Positions 54,479-64,000 of a stretch of DNA of 64,000 nt are shown here, piece after piece. Numbering within the stretch: position 1 is the first letter of the stretch; every line of letters begins with the position of its first letter. The stretch is from Escherichia phage P896. Both the position numbers and the translations under genes were made by a program. The notes under the pieces are model-generated. The model saw only the letters and a program-made list of their open reading frames with translations. It was not told where the DNA came from and did no database searches. The DNA lies in sequence record OL451225.1; one strand, 5' to 3'.

Positions 54479-56217
54479 TTAATATGTCAGATAATGTAAG
54501 TTGGTTCGTCGGGGTTGTCGAAGACCGAATGGACCCACTTCAGCAAGGTCGTGTGCGTGTTCGTGTATGGGGTATGCATCCATATGAGAAAGCACAAGGG
54601 CCTGTTAAAGGTATCAGAACCGAAGACCTTCCTTGGATGTCTGTATTGATGCCGACATCATCTGCATCAGTTTCTGGGATTCAAACGGCCATGACTGGTA
54701 TGGTCCCGGGTACTCAAGTATATGGTCACTTTTTAGACAAGTGGAAGCTCAACGGTCTTGTTATTGGTACGTATGGTTCAGCCTCAAGACAAAAAGCAAA
54801 TCCTAACGAAGGTTTCTCTGACCCCACAGGGCAATACCCACTTTATGTTGGTAATGATGCTGCAGCGCTTAACCGTGGCGGTGAAGTCGGTTATGATGCA
54901 ACTTCGAACGTAATTCAGGATGCGAACCTTGACCTTGGTATTAACCCCGATGGTCTTGATTTGAGTCAGGTTAAACCGGATGATAATCCTAATTTCACAA
55001 TTGAAAATATGCTCCACCGTGATGAAGGTCTTCGTTTGAAAGTATATTGGGACACCGAAGGATATCCAACTATAGGTATAGGGCACTTAATTGCACCACA
55101 ACCTATTAGAGATATGAATCAGATAAACAAAATATTATCTAATCAAATAGGTCGTGAAGTTAAAGGTAACCCTGGTGCAATATCAATGGACGAGGCTTCT
55201 AAGTTATTCCAAGAAGACCTTAAAAAAGTTCAAAATGATATAGGTAGGCATAGTGTTGTGGGTCCGGTTTACAATAAAGAAAACCGTTCGAGACAAATGG
55301 CTCTTGAAAACATGGCTTTCCAAATGGGATTAGGTGGATTGGCTAAATTCCGTGGAATGCTTAGCGCAATGTTAGTAGGTGATTATAAAAAGGCATTTGA
55401 GGAAGCACGTAATTCAGTATGGTTTAACCAAACTAAAGGACGTGCATCAAGGGTATCAATGATTATCCTTACCGGTAATATGGAATCATATGGTATTATG
55501 GCCCCCAAAGAAAGAGCGTTTAAAGGGCGTTCATATAGGATGATTCAAACCTTTACAGCCCCTGTAAATTCAGACCCTGCTGACCCGTGGACTCCAGAAG
55601 ATACAAGGATTCTGTTTAAAGAGCCAGAATCAAGTTACAAGGGCGAATATCCTTACGTGCAGACAATGCAAACCGAAGGCGGGCATGTACAGGAATTCGA
55701 TAATACCCCTGGGCAAGAACGTTATCGACTGATTCATCCGACCGGTTCCTATGAGGAAGTTGCACCAGATGGTCGTAAGACTTCGAAGACAGTGGCTGAT
55801 GGTTATTATATGACCCAGGGCGATTCGAGTACTTACGTTGGTGGTAATAATAAAGTCAACGTTGGTGGTGATGAAACCTATTATAATATGGCTAACGTTC
55901 GACGTCAGACTGATGGAAACGAAAGTATTCATATCAGAGGGAATGAAACCAAAACTATCGAAGGCGATGGTACAATTATCGTCAAAGGTAATGTAAGTAT
56001 TCTTGTCGAAGGTAATGCTGAAATAACTGTTAAAGGTGATGCAAAAACTCTTGTCGAAGGTAACCATGATTATACGGTAAATGGTAATGTCAAATGGTCC
56101 GTTAATGGAAATGTTGATATGACTGTGGCTGGCAACTGGTCCGAAACAATGTCAACAATGAGTTCAATTGCATCTGGTCAATATACTATCGATGGTTCGA
56201 GGATTGACATTGGCTAA
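54475..56217 (+). CDS. 5: baseplate hub and tail lysozyme gp5
   Basis: 580 aa; N-terminal OB domain, central T4-lysozyme-like domain (LHRDEGLRLKVYWDTEGYPTIGIGHLIA), C-terminal beta-helix repeats. Confidence 0.95.
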   Translation: MINMSDNVSWFVGVVEDRMDPLQQGRVRVRVWGMHPYEKAQGPVKGIRTEDLPWMSVLMPTSSASVSGIQTAMTGMVPGTQVYGHFLDKWKLNGLVIGTYGSASRQKANPNEGFSDPTGQYPLYVGNDAAALNRGGEVGYDATSNVIQDANLDLGINPDGLDLSQVKPDDNPNFTIENMLHRDEGLRLKVYWDTEGYPTIGIGHLIAPQPIRDMNQINKILSNQIGREVKGNPGAISMDEASKLFQEDLKKVQNDIGRHSVVGPVYNKENRSRQMALENMAFQMGLGGLAKFRGMLSAMLVGDYKKAFEEARNSVWFNQTKGRASRVSMIILTGNMESYGIMAPKERAFKGRSYRMIQTFTAPVNSDPADPWTPEDTRILFKEPESSYKGEYPYVQTMQTEGGHVQEFDNTPGQERYRLIHPTGSYEEVAPDGRKTSKTVADGYYMTQGDSSTYVGGNNKVNVGGDETYYNMANVRRQTDGNESIHIRGNETKTIEGDGTIIVKGNVSILVEGNAEITVKGDAKTLVEGNHDYTVNGNVKWSVNGNVDMTVAGNWSETMSTMSSIASGQYTIDGSRIDIG

Positions 56218-56251
56218 TATACTTCCAATGAGCACTGACTTAGGAGACTCC

Positions 56252-56749
56252 ATGGAAGGAGCTTCAATCGATGTTACGTTTACAGCTCAATTAGAAACAA
56301 ACGAAACATTAGTCGAAATAAATATAACTGAATATGAGGCCACCCCTGGCGTTAATGTTGAGGGTAATCATCTTTATGGTGTTTATGAATCCGTGTTCGG
56401 ATTTGCAGATGATGCGCTTAAATACCGACTTAACGATGAATTCAAAACTGCCGGTTCATGGGAAGACCTTCCTACCGATAAGAGTACTCAATTGTATCTC
56501 TGGAGGGCCCCAGCGAGCCTCCAGAAGGTCTTTTCATACACGGTAACCCTAACCTATGACTTTCAAGAAGAGAGCTCTGGTGGAGACACAGGGAGCTCTG
56601 GTGGCAGTAATAGCCATGCAGGTAATGAGACCGACCCACCTCCTGCTCCAGTAAGAAAGACAATGACAAAAGTTTACACAAAAACTATCGTCGGTAACTG
56701 GTCAAGGTGGGCAGATAAATTACGTTCATACGTATACGCGAGGGATTAA
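56252..56749 (+). CDS. hypothetical protein at the gene 5.1 position, 165 aa
   Basis: ORF 56168..56749 trimmed to ATG at 56252 with AGGAG RBS. Confidence 0.55.
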   Translation: MEGASIDVTFTAQLETNETLVEINITEYEATPGVNVEGNHLYGVYESVFGFADDALKYRLNDEFKTAGSWEDLPTDKSTQLYLWRAPASLQKVFSYTVTLTYDFQEESSGGDTGSSGGSNSHAGNETDPPPAPVRKTMTKVYTKTIVGNWSRWADKLRSYVYARD

Positions 56750-57042
56750 TGGCTGGATTAAGTTTCAATCAATGTGTTACAGCAGGTCACGAAGCATGGC
56801 CACCGACTGTAATCAATGCAACTCAAGGTAAAGTATTCACCGGGGGAATTCCTGTATTAGTTGCCGGAGACCCTATTACCGAGCATACCGAAATTAAAAA
56901 ACCATATGAAACCCACGGCGGAGTAACACAACCGAGAACTCCAAAGGTATTCGTTACCGGTAAGAAAGCTGTTCAAATGGCAGACCCGATTTCATGTGGT
57001 GATACTGTGGCTCAAGCCTCATCAAAAGTCTTTATAAAATAG
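56749..57042 (+). CDS. 5.4: PAAR-repeat spike-tip protein gp5.4
   Basis: 97 aa PAAR-like protein between gp5 and gp6. Confidence 0.8.
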   Translation: MAGLSFNQCVTAGHEAWPPTVINATQGKVFTGGIPVLVAGDPITEHTEIKKPYETHGGVTQPRTPKVFVTGKKAVQMADPISCGDTVAQASSKVFIK

Positions 57043-57050
57043 GAAATAAA

Positions 57051-59009
57051 ATGGCTACTCCTACGAATTACCAATTAACAAGAACCGTTAACGCTATCCC
57101 AAAAGTATTTGTGGGAGCTACGTTTGAAGAAATTAAAAAGAACATCATTGACTGGCTATCAAGCCAGGATGAATTTAAGGATTATGATTTCGTAGGTTCG
57201 CGAATGAATATCCTGATTGATATGCTTGCATATAATACATTGTATATGCAACAGTTTGCTAACACGGCAGTTTATGAATCATTTATCGGAACTGCAAACC
57301 TAAGGTCTTCGGTTGTTCAGGCTGCACAGGATAATGGTTATCTTCCATCTTCACGTTCGGCCGCAAAGACTTCGGTTATGTTAACATGTTCTCACGCTCT
57401 CCAACCATCGAATATTGAAATCCCGCGCGGGACTAAGTTCCTGGCTTATGCTCGTGATACATCAGCTGACCCCTATATGTTTGTCACAACGGATAATGTA
57501 ATCGCGGTAAAAGACATTAACAACCAATATCTGCCGATTGTATCCCTTGCGCAAGGTCGCATTATTCGTACTGAACTTTTGTATGACCCGAAACAACCTA
57601 TTCTTATTCGTGACCCGGATATTGACCGAAAAGAAGTTAAGCTTTTTGTGAACGGTATCGAGTGGACTGACTGGACAAACAAATCAATGGTTCATGCTGG
57701 CTCAACGTCCACCATTTTCTATATGCGTGAAACTGTTGATGGTAATACCGAATTCTTCTTCGGTGAAGGCGAATCGACCAAATCTGTTGCTGGTGGCGTA
57801 TTGGAAGCCAACTATATTGGTGGATTGAAACCCGTACAGGATTCAACAATTGTTATCGAATATCTTCGCACATCAGGGGCTGATGCAAATGGTGCAGTTG
57901 ATTTCAGCTATGCAGACTCCTTGACTTATATCACTGTTGACAAGATTACCGAAAACTACAATAACGATAAAGATTACGTTGGAGCTGATGGCGGTGGTGA
58001 CCCGGAAGATATTGAACGAATCCGTGAACTGGCTGTAGTTAAACGTGAAGCGCAGATGCGTGCTGTCACCGGGACCGATTATGATACCTTCGTATCAGAA
58101 AGATTCGGCTCAATCGTACAAGCCGTACAGACGTTTACGGACGCAAATAAACCTGGATATGCGTTTATATCAGTTAAACCTAAATCGGGCTTGTATCTCA
58201 CCGCAGTGCAGCGTGAGGACATCAAAAACTACCTTAGTGAGTTCAACGTATCGACAATTACACCATCAGTTATTTCTCCTGATTATTTGTTCCTTAAACA
58301 CAATATCAAAGTGTCTTATGCGCTGAATAAATTACAGGAATCTGAACAGTGGTTGCAAGCACAAATCATTAACCAGATTGACCGCTATTATATTGATGAA
58401 GTTGAATTGTTTAACCACAGTTTTGCTAAATCGAAAATGCTCACTTATGTGGATAATACTGACCATAGTATTTTGGGTTCGTCTGCAACGGTGACAATGG
58501 TTCGCGAAGTCTTGAACTTCTTTAAGACTCCAGAATCCGGCATTAAATATTATAATCAATATACTAATAGGTCGGTGGAATCAAGCGAATTCGAATTCGT
58601 TCCAACAAACCAAAGCGATACCGTTACCTCCTATAACGTCCGTATTGTAGCGACTGACCGCAACTCATCTGGTGATGGTAAAATGGTCATTGGCCCGTTC
58701 CGTCCAGGTGATGTTCAGCTTAATGCGAATATTCAACCTTATACAGGTAATGACTTTAATAAGATGGCTGCGCCTGCTGACCAGACTCAATACTTTGTAA
58801 TCGGTGAAATCGATTATTGGTCTGATTATATCTTCTGGGATATCGCCGCGATTGGTTTGACTTCGGACCGTTTTGAAGTGCAAACAATCGAACTATATGC
58901 GGGTCCAGACCAGGACAACATCTATACAAAAGACGGTTCGCTTATCGTATTCGAAAATGACCTTCGTCCACATTATACGACTATTAATTTAGAACCAATT
59001 ACATTATAA
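57051..59009 (+). CDS. 6: baseplate wedge protein gp6
   Basis: 652 aa (T4 gp6 about 660), position before gene 7. Confidence 0.9.
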   Translation: MATPTNYQLTRTVNAIPKVFVGATFEEIKKNIIDWLSSQDEFKDYDFVGSRMNILIDMLAYNTLYMQQFANTAVYESFIGTANLRSSVVQAAQDNGYLPSSRSAAKTSVMLTCSHALQPSNIEIPRGTKFLAYARDTSADPYMFVTTDNVIAVKDINNQYLPIVSLAQGRIIRTELLYDPKQPILIRDPDIDRKEVKLFVNGIEWTDWTNKSMVHAGSTSTIFYMRETVDGNTEFFFGEGESTKSVAGGVLEANYIGGLKPVQDSTIVIEYLRTSGADANGAVDFSYADSLTYITVDKITENYNNDKDYVGADGGGDPEDIERIRELAVVKREAQMRAVTGTDYDTFVSERFGSIVQAVQTFTDANKPGYAFISVKPKSGLYLTAVQREDIKNYLSEFNVSTITPSVISPDYLFLKHNIKVSYALNKLQESEQWLQAQIINQIDRYYIDEVELFNHSFAKSKMLTYVDNTDHSILGSSATVTMVREVLNFFKTPESGIKYYNQYTNRSVESSEFEFVPTNQSDTVTSYNVRIVATDRNSSGDGKMVIGPFRPGDVQLNANIQPYTGNDFNKMAAPADQTQYFVIGEIDYWSDYIFWDIAAIGLTSDRFEVQTIELYAGPDQDNIYTKDGSLIVFENDLRPHYTTINLEPITL

Positions 59010-59025
59010 GCCTCTTCGGAGGCTT
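59008..59025 (+). other. RNA hairpin AAGCCUC-UUCG-GAGGCUU between genes 6 and 7 (no U-tract)
   Basis: 7-bp perfect stem with UUCG tetraloop overlapping the gene 6 stop and preceding the gene 7 RBS. Confidence 0.5.
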
Positions 59026-59037
59026 TAAGGAATCTTA

Positions 59038-62000
59038 ATGACTGTTAAAGCCCCTTCTGTTACTAGCTTGCGGATTGATAAACTATCTGCCAACCAGGTT
59101 AGTATTAAATGGGATGATGTAGGCTCCAACTTTTACTATTTTGTGGAGATTGCACAAATCACAGAAAATGGAGTACGCATCCCAACTAGAGATTTAATTT
59201 GGCGCGACCTTGGTTATACCGCAGACAATGAATGGTTCGAGCAGGAATATATTCGTCCGTTGACAAGTTATCAGATGCGTGTGTCTGTTGCGGCAATGGG
59301 CTTCGAACGGTCTGATTGGGAATATACCGAGGAATTTGAAACCTTTGCAACGAACGCATATACTTTTGAACATATGCGTGAATTTAGTTTGGCCAATAAA
59401 TTCATTGAAGAAAAATTCACCAATAACAATCAGAGCTATATCAACTTTAACAATGATGCTATTATGGCTTCATTGATGTCCGAAGACTTTACATGGACTT
59501 CTGCTTATTCTCATTTGTCTTCAATTTCGAACTATGTTTTGCAAGAAGACCAATATCATGAAATCCAGGGACCGATTCAAGCAGTTTGTGTTGACCAAAA
59601 CCGCACGATGCTTGCTGAACTCGGTGGCGTGCTTTATCTGTTCGAACGCTTTCAGCCGATGGTTAAAGTCTCCAATGACAAAGGTCAGAACTGGTATTAC
59701 ATAAGACTCTTTAATGAGCGTATCGGTAACCCTGTGTCAAGAACTGTATATTACCAGACCGATACCACAACTTATGTTCTGGGGTATGACCGCATATTCT
59801 ATGGCCGTCAATCAAGCGACATAAGATGGTCTGCAGATGATGTTCGATTCAGTTCTGAAGATATTACATTTGCTAAAGTCGGTTCAGATATTAACCTTGG
59901 ATTTGATATTGAAATCTTCGGGAACTATGCAAGACTTCCTGCCTATATTTCACAAATAGCTGAAGCTATCACGGTTTCAGATGATTTCATTTATGTTGCG
60001 GCTCGTGGTCGTGTGTATAAAGCAAAAACCTCTGATGCACCGATTGATACAACTCCAGGGTCTCCGACCTTCGGTGAAAAACTATTTGAAACTGGCTACA
60101 GTACAATTACGACGAACCCTAAAGCAGTTTGTTATAAAATGGATTCAGTCCAAGGTCATACGTTTGCATTAATTACGGGTGAAGTTAAAGAAGAAAGACA
60201 AGACCCAACTAAACCTGAAAATGTTGTTGACTCTCTGGATAAAGGTGTTTATAAATTAGACCCTGATACTGATACATGGACGAGAGTTTTTGGTAATACA
60301 GAAGAAGAACGTCGTCGAATCGAACATGGCTATGCGAGCATGTCAACTGATGGCATCGAAGTGTTCTTTAGCTCCAGTAACTTCAAATATTCGGTTGAGC
60401 CTGATACTGAACTACCTCTTAAATATCCTGATGAAGTTAATGAAGCAGTCAAATACGTTTACGATGAGCAATGGATACATGATAAGCATTACCTGATGAT
60501 GAGCTTCAGAGCTGGCGAAGATTCTGGCTTCGAAGAGTTCAAACCAGGCCGTATGACTTACTATGCAGAGCCGTTCTTTAACTGGTCAAGACGTGACGAT
60601 ACTCGTTGTTGGATTACGACTTCAGACCGAGCAATGGTCGTCTATAATGATGTTCTTTATCAATATATCATCGATACATTTGGTGGAACTTCCCCGGAAC
60701 GTATCGTGCATGAATATTGGAACAAAGGTCGAGTAACGATTACTGCACCTAACATTGAATTCAATGGCTTTAAAAAATATGCATCCGGGATTATGCTTCA
60801 TAAAAATACCGGGGAATTAATTGGCTATTTTGAATTTGACTATCGCGTGCGTGATGAAGTGCGTATCATCTGGAAGCCAAAAGAAATTATGCTTATGGCT
60901 GAACTACAAAACCAGGAACATGATATTCCGTGGACTCCGGAAAATGAGAATAAGGAAAAAGACCCGGACTTGCAACCACTGTTAACGAAGATGGTTCCGG
61001 ATAGTTATCTTTTACAGGATAGTAAATTTGAAAAATTCTGTGAATACTATTTGCAGTTCATCAGTGATGGCTCCGGTACATACTATAACAACCTTTTGAA
61101 TCTTATTCGCAACCAATATCCGCGCGAGGAAGATGCATGGGAATATCTCTGGAGCGAAATGTACAAACGCAACATTTACCTCTCCAAGGAAAAACGTGAC
61201 GAAGCTGTTCGATTCTTCCAGGCCCGACAGTCTGATTTTTGGGCAACAAAAGGCACAGAAGCGTCTTATAAATTCCTGTTCAAATTGCTGTATAATGAAG
61301 ATGTTGAAATTGACATCGAATCCAAGAACGGAACCGAGTATGATATTGTAGTTGAATCTGATAATATCAGTGAAGACATTGTAGGCCAAACCATTTATAC
61401 CGCAACTGGTCGCAGTAATGTGACTTATATGGAGCGCGATTATAAAGATGGTAAATTAAGATGGCGTATTACTATTCATAACCTCCTGGGACGTTTTATT
61501 GTTGGACAAGAAATTAAATCAGAAAGAACCTCATTCGAGGGGATGATTGTACAAGGTGTTCGTGGTAAAGAGTTGTTGAGTAACAACATCGATTATATTA
61601 ATCGTAATCGCTCTTATTACGTAATGACAATTAAGTCAAACCTTCCGACCTCCCGTTATCGTAATGACGTTTTGAGATTCGTTCACCCGGTTGGATTTGG
61701 ATTCATCGGTATCACGTTGCTGACAATGTTTGTTAACGTTGGTTTGACTCTTAAACACACCGAGACAATCATTAATAAATTAAGTAACTATAGATGGTCT
61801 TCTGGTATTCCATCAGAATGGAATGACCGAGTTGCAGTGATTGGTGTTGATGGTACTATTGAGAAAAACCCTACCACAGGTGAAGCAATATATAACATCG
61901 CTCCTAATGCTGGCCAACCATTCCCATTACCAGCCGATTATGATGCCGAGAACGATTTCTCTATGTTCTATGGATTGTTACCGTCACAACGTCGTGGAAA

Positions 62001-62133
62001 ATATAGTCCACTGTTTGACCAGTCAGCTGTTACATTCTCGAACTGGAGAGCATTAGTTGACCAACGTCTTAAAGATGATATTGGTAATCCAAGAGACCCG
62101 GTTAATCCTACACAGGTAAATGTAAATGAATAA
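59038..62133 (+). CDS. 7: baseplate wedge protein gp7
   Basis: 1031 aa (T4 gp7 1032 aa); position between 6 and 8. Confidence 0.92.
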   Translation: MTVKAPSVTSLRIDKLSANQVSIKWDDVGSNFYYFVEIAQITENGVRIPTRDLIWRDLGYTADNEWFEQEYIRPLTSYQMRVSVAAMGFERSDWEYTEEFETFATNAYTFEHMREFSLANKFIEEKFTNNNQSYINFNNDAIMASLMSEDFTWTSAYSHLSSISNYVLQEDQYHEIQGPIQAVCVDQNRTMLAELGGVLYLFERFQPMVKVSNDKGQNWYYIRLFNERIGNPVSRTVYYQTDTTTYVLGYDRIFYGRQSSDIRWSADDVRFSSEDITFAKVGSDINLGFDIEIFGNYARLPAYISQIAEAITVSDDFIYVAARGRVYKAKTSDAPIDTTPGSPTFGEKLFETGYSTITTNPKAVCYKMDSVQGHTFALITGEVKEERQDPTKPENVVDSLDKGVYKLDPDTDTWTRVFGNTEEERRRIEHGYASMSTDGIEVFFSSSNFKYSVEPDTELPLKYPDEVNEAVKYVYDEQWIHDKHYLMMSFRAGEDSGFEEFKPGRMTYYAEPFFNWSRRDDTRCWITTSDRAMVVYNDVLYQYIIDTFGGTSPERIVHEYWNKGRVTITAPNIEFNGFKKYASGIMLHKNTGELIGYFEFDYRVRDEVRIIWKPKEIMLMAELQNQEHDIPWTPENENKEKDPDLQPLLTKMVPDSYLLQDSKFEKFCEYYLQFISDGSGTYYNNLLNLIRNQYPREEDAWEYLWSEMYKRNIYLSKEKRDEAVRFFQARQSDFWATKGTEASYKFLFKLLYNEDVEIDIESKNGTEYDIVVESDNISEDIVGQTIYTATGRSNVTYMERDYKDGKLRWRITIHNLLGRFIVGQEIKSERTSFEGMIVQGVRGKELLSNNIDYINRNRSYYVMTIKSNLPTSRYRNDVLRFVHPVGFGFIGITLLTMFVNVGLTLKHTETIINKLSNYRWSSGIPSEWNDRVAVIGVDGTIEKNPTTGEAIYNIAPNAGQPFPLPADYDAENDFSMFYGLLPSQRRGKYSPLFDQSAVTFSNWRALVDQRLKDDIGNPRDPVNPTQVNVNE

Positions 62134-63130
62134 CTCTACCGTAGTTTACCGTTCGATTGTTACATCAAAATTCAGAACGGAAAAAATGTATAACTTCTAC
62201 AGCGTCATCGGAGATGGCGCCACTGAAAATACAATGTATGTCACGTTCGGTCGTGCAGAACCATGGGCTGCAAACGAGAACGACCCGGGCTTTGCTCCAC
62301 CTTATCCGGTTGATGATGCTCAAGGTGTTGAAGATGTTTGGACTAATATGATGGGCGCAGTCAAGGTGTATAAATCCATGCTTGACTGCGTGGTTCCTCG
62401 TAAGGATTGGGGTGATGTTCGTTATCCTAACCCGCTGAACTTTCAGATTGGCGAAATCGTCGTAAGTAATACCGCACCATATAACCGAACTGATGTTGGT
62501 AAAGGTTGGATGGTTTATCGTTGTGTGGATGTTCCTGAATCTGGGACCTGTTCGATTTATTCCATCACTAATAAGCAAGAATGTCTTAAGCTTGGTGGTA
62601 AATGGACTTCAGACTATGCTTCCAGCCGTGCACCATCAGGGACTGGTGATACTGAAGGACGTGTTGATATGGGTGATGGTTATCTCTGGGAATATCTCTA
62701 TGAGATTCCACCTGACGTATCCATTAACCGTTGTACAAACGAATATATCGTTGTCCCATGGCCAGAAGAAATTGCAGAAGACCCAGAACGCTGGGGATAC
62801 AAAGATAACCTGACATGGCAGCAAGATGATTATGGTTTAATCTATCGTATCAAAGGAAATACAATTCGATTCAAGGCTTTCATGGATTCGATTTATTTCC
62901 CTCAGTTCAGTCTTCCAGGTAACAAAGGTTTTAGACAGATTTCAATTGTCGCTAACCCTCTGGAAATCAAAGCTGCACCTAATGACCCGAATATCAAAGC
63001 AACAAAAGAATATTACGATGCTATTGATTTGAGTCGACATTCTGGTGAAATGATTTACATGGAAAACAGACCACCTGTTTATCGTGCGATGGACCAAACC
63101 GAAGAAGTAAATATTATTTTTGAATTCTAA
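62126..63130 (+). CDS. 8: baseplate wedge protein gp8
   Basis: 334 aa (same as T4 gp8); start overlaps gene 7 stop. Confidence 0.92.
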   Translation: MNNSTVVYRSIVTSKFRTEKMYNFYSVIGDGATENTMYVTFGRAEPWAANENDPGFAPPYPVDDAQGVEDVWTNMMGAVKVYKSMLDCVVPRKDWGDVRYPNPLNFQIGEIVVSNTAPYNRTDVGKGWMVYRCVDVPESGTCSIYSITNKQECLKLGGKWTSDYASSRAPSGTGDTEGRVDMGDGYLWEYLYEIPPDVSINRCTNEYIVVPWPEEIAEDPERWGYKDNLTWQQDDYGLIYRIKGNTIRFKAFMDSIYFPQFSLPGNKGFRQISIVANPLEIKAAPNDPNIKATKEYYDAIDLSRHSGEMIYMENRPPVYRAMDQTEEVNIIFEF

Positions 63131-63133
63131 CTA

Positions 63134-63161
63134 GGGACCTTCGGGTCCCTTTTTTATTTTA
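63134..63161 (+). terminator. intrinsic terminator GGGACC-UUCG-GGUCCC plus UUUUUUAUUUU after gene 8
   Basis: Perfect 6-bp stem, UUCG loop, T-run on the plus strand. Confidence 0.7.
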
Positions 63162-63167
63162 TAAATA
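63160..63167 (+). promoter_or_regulatory. T4-type late promoter TATAAATA for gene 9
   Basis: Exact TATAAATA 28 nt upstream of the gene 9 ATG, immediately after the gene 8 terminator. Confidence 0.65.
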
Positions 63168-63194
63168 TAGCTATATCAATAATGAGGCTTACCT

Positions 63195-64000
63195 ATGATT
63201 AATCAAACCCCAAAACTTTTAATAGATGTCGGCGAAATTGGTAACGCCAGCACCGGCGATATCTTATATGATGGTGGTCGTAAAATTAACGAAGATTTTA
63301 ATAACGTCTATAATACCTTTGGTGACCAACGTCTTTATTCAATCGATAATGGCCAGAACTCTCAGGTCTTGCACGCTACAGGTTATTATCAAAAAGCAAC
63401 AAACATAATCGAATGGAACACTCCTGTTGCGCTTGGTTCTCTTCGTGATGTCGATACCTCCAAGGGTGTTGTTACTGCCAGGATTGCCCGCGGTAAAATG
63501 GGTGAAGGTATTATCTTCATTAACTCTAACGGGACTTTATCACCAACTCAATCTCTGGAAATCGAACTTCAAGGCACAGATACTTTCGTTTCGGCTCCGA
63601 CCAACAAAATTCGCTTCACAAGCCCTTATACAAAGATTACTCTTTGGTGTATCGATGACGCAAACGGCGTTGGCACCTGGGATTATTCAATCGAAAATAT
63701 GTTTGGTGTAAAACATATTCCTTTAGACCGAACTTATAATATTGGTCTGAACGCAAGAGATATTCCGATTGCATTGCGCGGTGATTTCAAAACAATGAAA
63801 CTTTTGTTAACCGCTATATCGACCGATGAAACTAAATACAAAGCATCAGAGGTCATGCTCTTTGTAGACACTCAAGCTAACCAAGTGTATAGCACAGAAT
63901 ACGGTGTATTGCGTCGTGGTCACGTGAATGACGATGATGAGTTATATACCATTAACTTTAAAATAGGCGCTGACAACTTCGTTACGGCGACCGTAAGCGC
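63195..64000 (+). CDS. 9: baseplate wedge / tail-fibre socket protein gp9, N-terminal 268 codons (runs off the window end)
   Basis: Translation MINQTPKLLIDVGEIGNASTGDILYDGGRKINEDFNNVYNTFGDQR... matches recalled T4 gp9 (MFIQEPKKLIDTGEIGNASTGDILFDGGNKINSDFNAIYNAFGDQR); absent from the ORF track because no stop lies in the window. Confidence 0.88.
   Translation, partial: MINQTPKLLIDVGEIGNASTGDILYDGGRKINEDFNNVYNTFGDQRLYSIDNGQNSQVLHATGYYQKATNIIEWNTPVALGSLRDVDTSKGVVTARIARGKMGEGIIFINSNGTLSPTQSLEIELQGTDTFVSAPTNKIRFTSPYTKITLWCIDDANGVGTWDYSIENMFGVKHIPLDRTYNIGLNARDIPIALRGDFKTMKLLLTAISTDETKYKASEVMLFVDTQANQVYSTEYGVLRRGHVNDDDELYTINFKIGADNFVTATVS

Noticed and set aside
55630-56067. 145-aa minus-strand ORF inside gene 5, and similar antisense ORFs inside genes 7 and 8 (61012..61389, 62165..62578)
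   Set aside because: Embedded antisense in conserved baseplate genes; the repetitive beta-helix coding region of gp5 gives long open antisense frames by chance.
57033-57040. TATAAAAT upstream of gene 6 as a late promoter
   Set aside because: Two mismatches to TATAAATA and gene 6 is probably read through from gene 5; too weak to list as a feature.

Overview
This window is a T4-like (Tevenvirinae-type) myovirus genome segment in the same gene order and orientation as the T4 map. Early and middle genes lie on the minus strand: uvsX (5' end only), an imm-like gene, DNA polymerase gp43, regA, clamp loader gp62/gp44, clamp gp45, rpbA, gp46/gp47, late sigma gp55, nrdH/nrdG/nrdD, endonuclease VII, nrdC, rI, tk, regB, denV, lysozyme e, nudE, two tRNA genes, acb1, 57A, gp1, gp3, gp2 and gp4. 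Late baseplate genes 53, 5, 5.1, 5.4, 6, 7, 8 and the start of 9 lie on the plus strand. Between these conserved anchors are hyperplastic blocks of small novel genes, each served by a recurring early-promoter cassette with an inverted repeat around the -10 element. Main points of interest: a nucleotidyltransferase plus membrane-protein gene pair, a tandem array of five small paralogs with a conserved C-terminal W-x-SS-x-x-C tail, seven genes carrying an N-terminal capsid-targeting-like MKTYQEFI-E sequence, a macro-domain protein, a GIY-YIG homing endonuclease wedged between genes 53 and 5, a candidate structured RNA beside the tRNAs, and no gene 42, alpha-gt or beta-gt at their T4 positions. 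All identifications rest on reading the translations and on recalled T4 protein features; no database search was run. The ORF track uses non-ATG starts in places, so several N-termini were trimmed to an in-frame ATG with a Shine-Dalgarno sequence.
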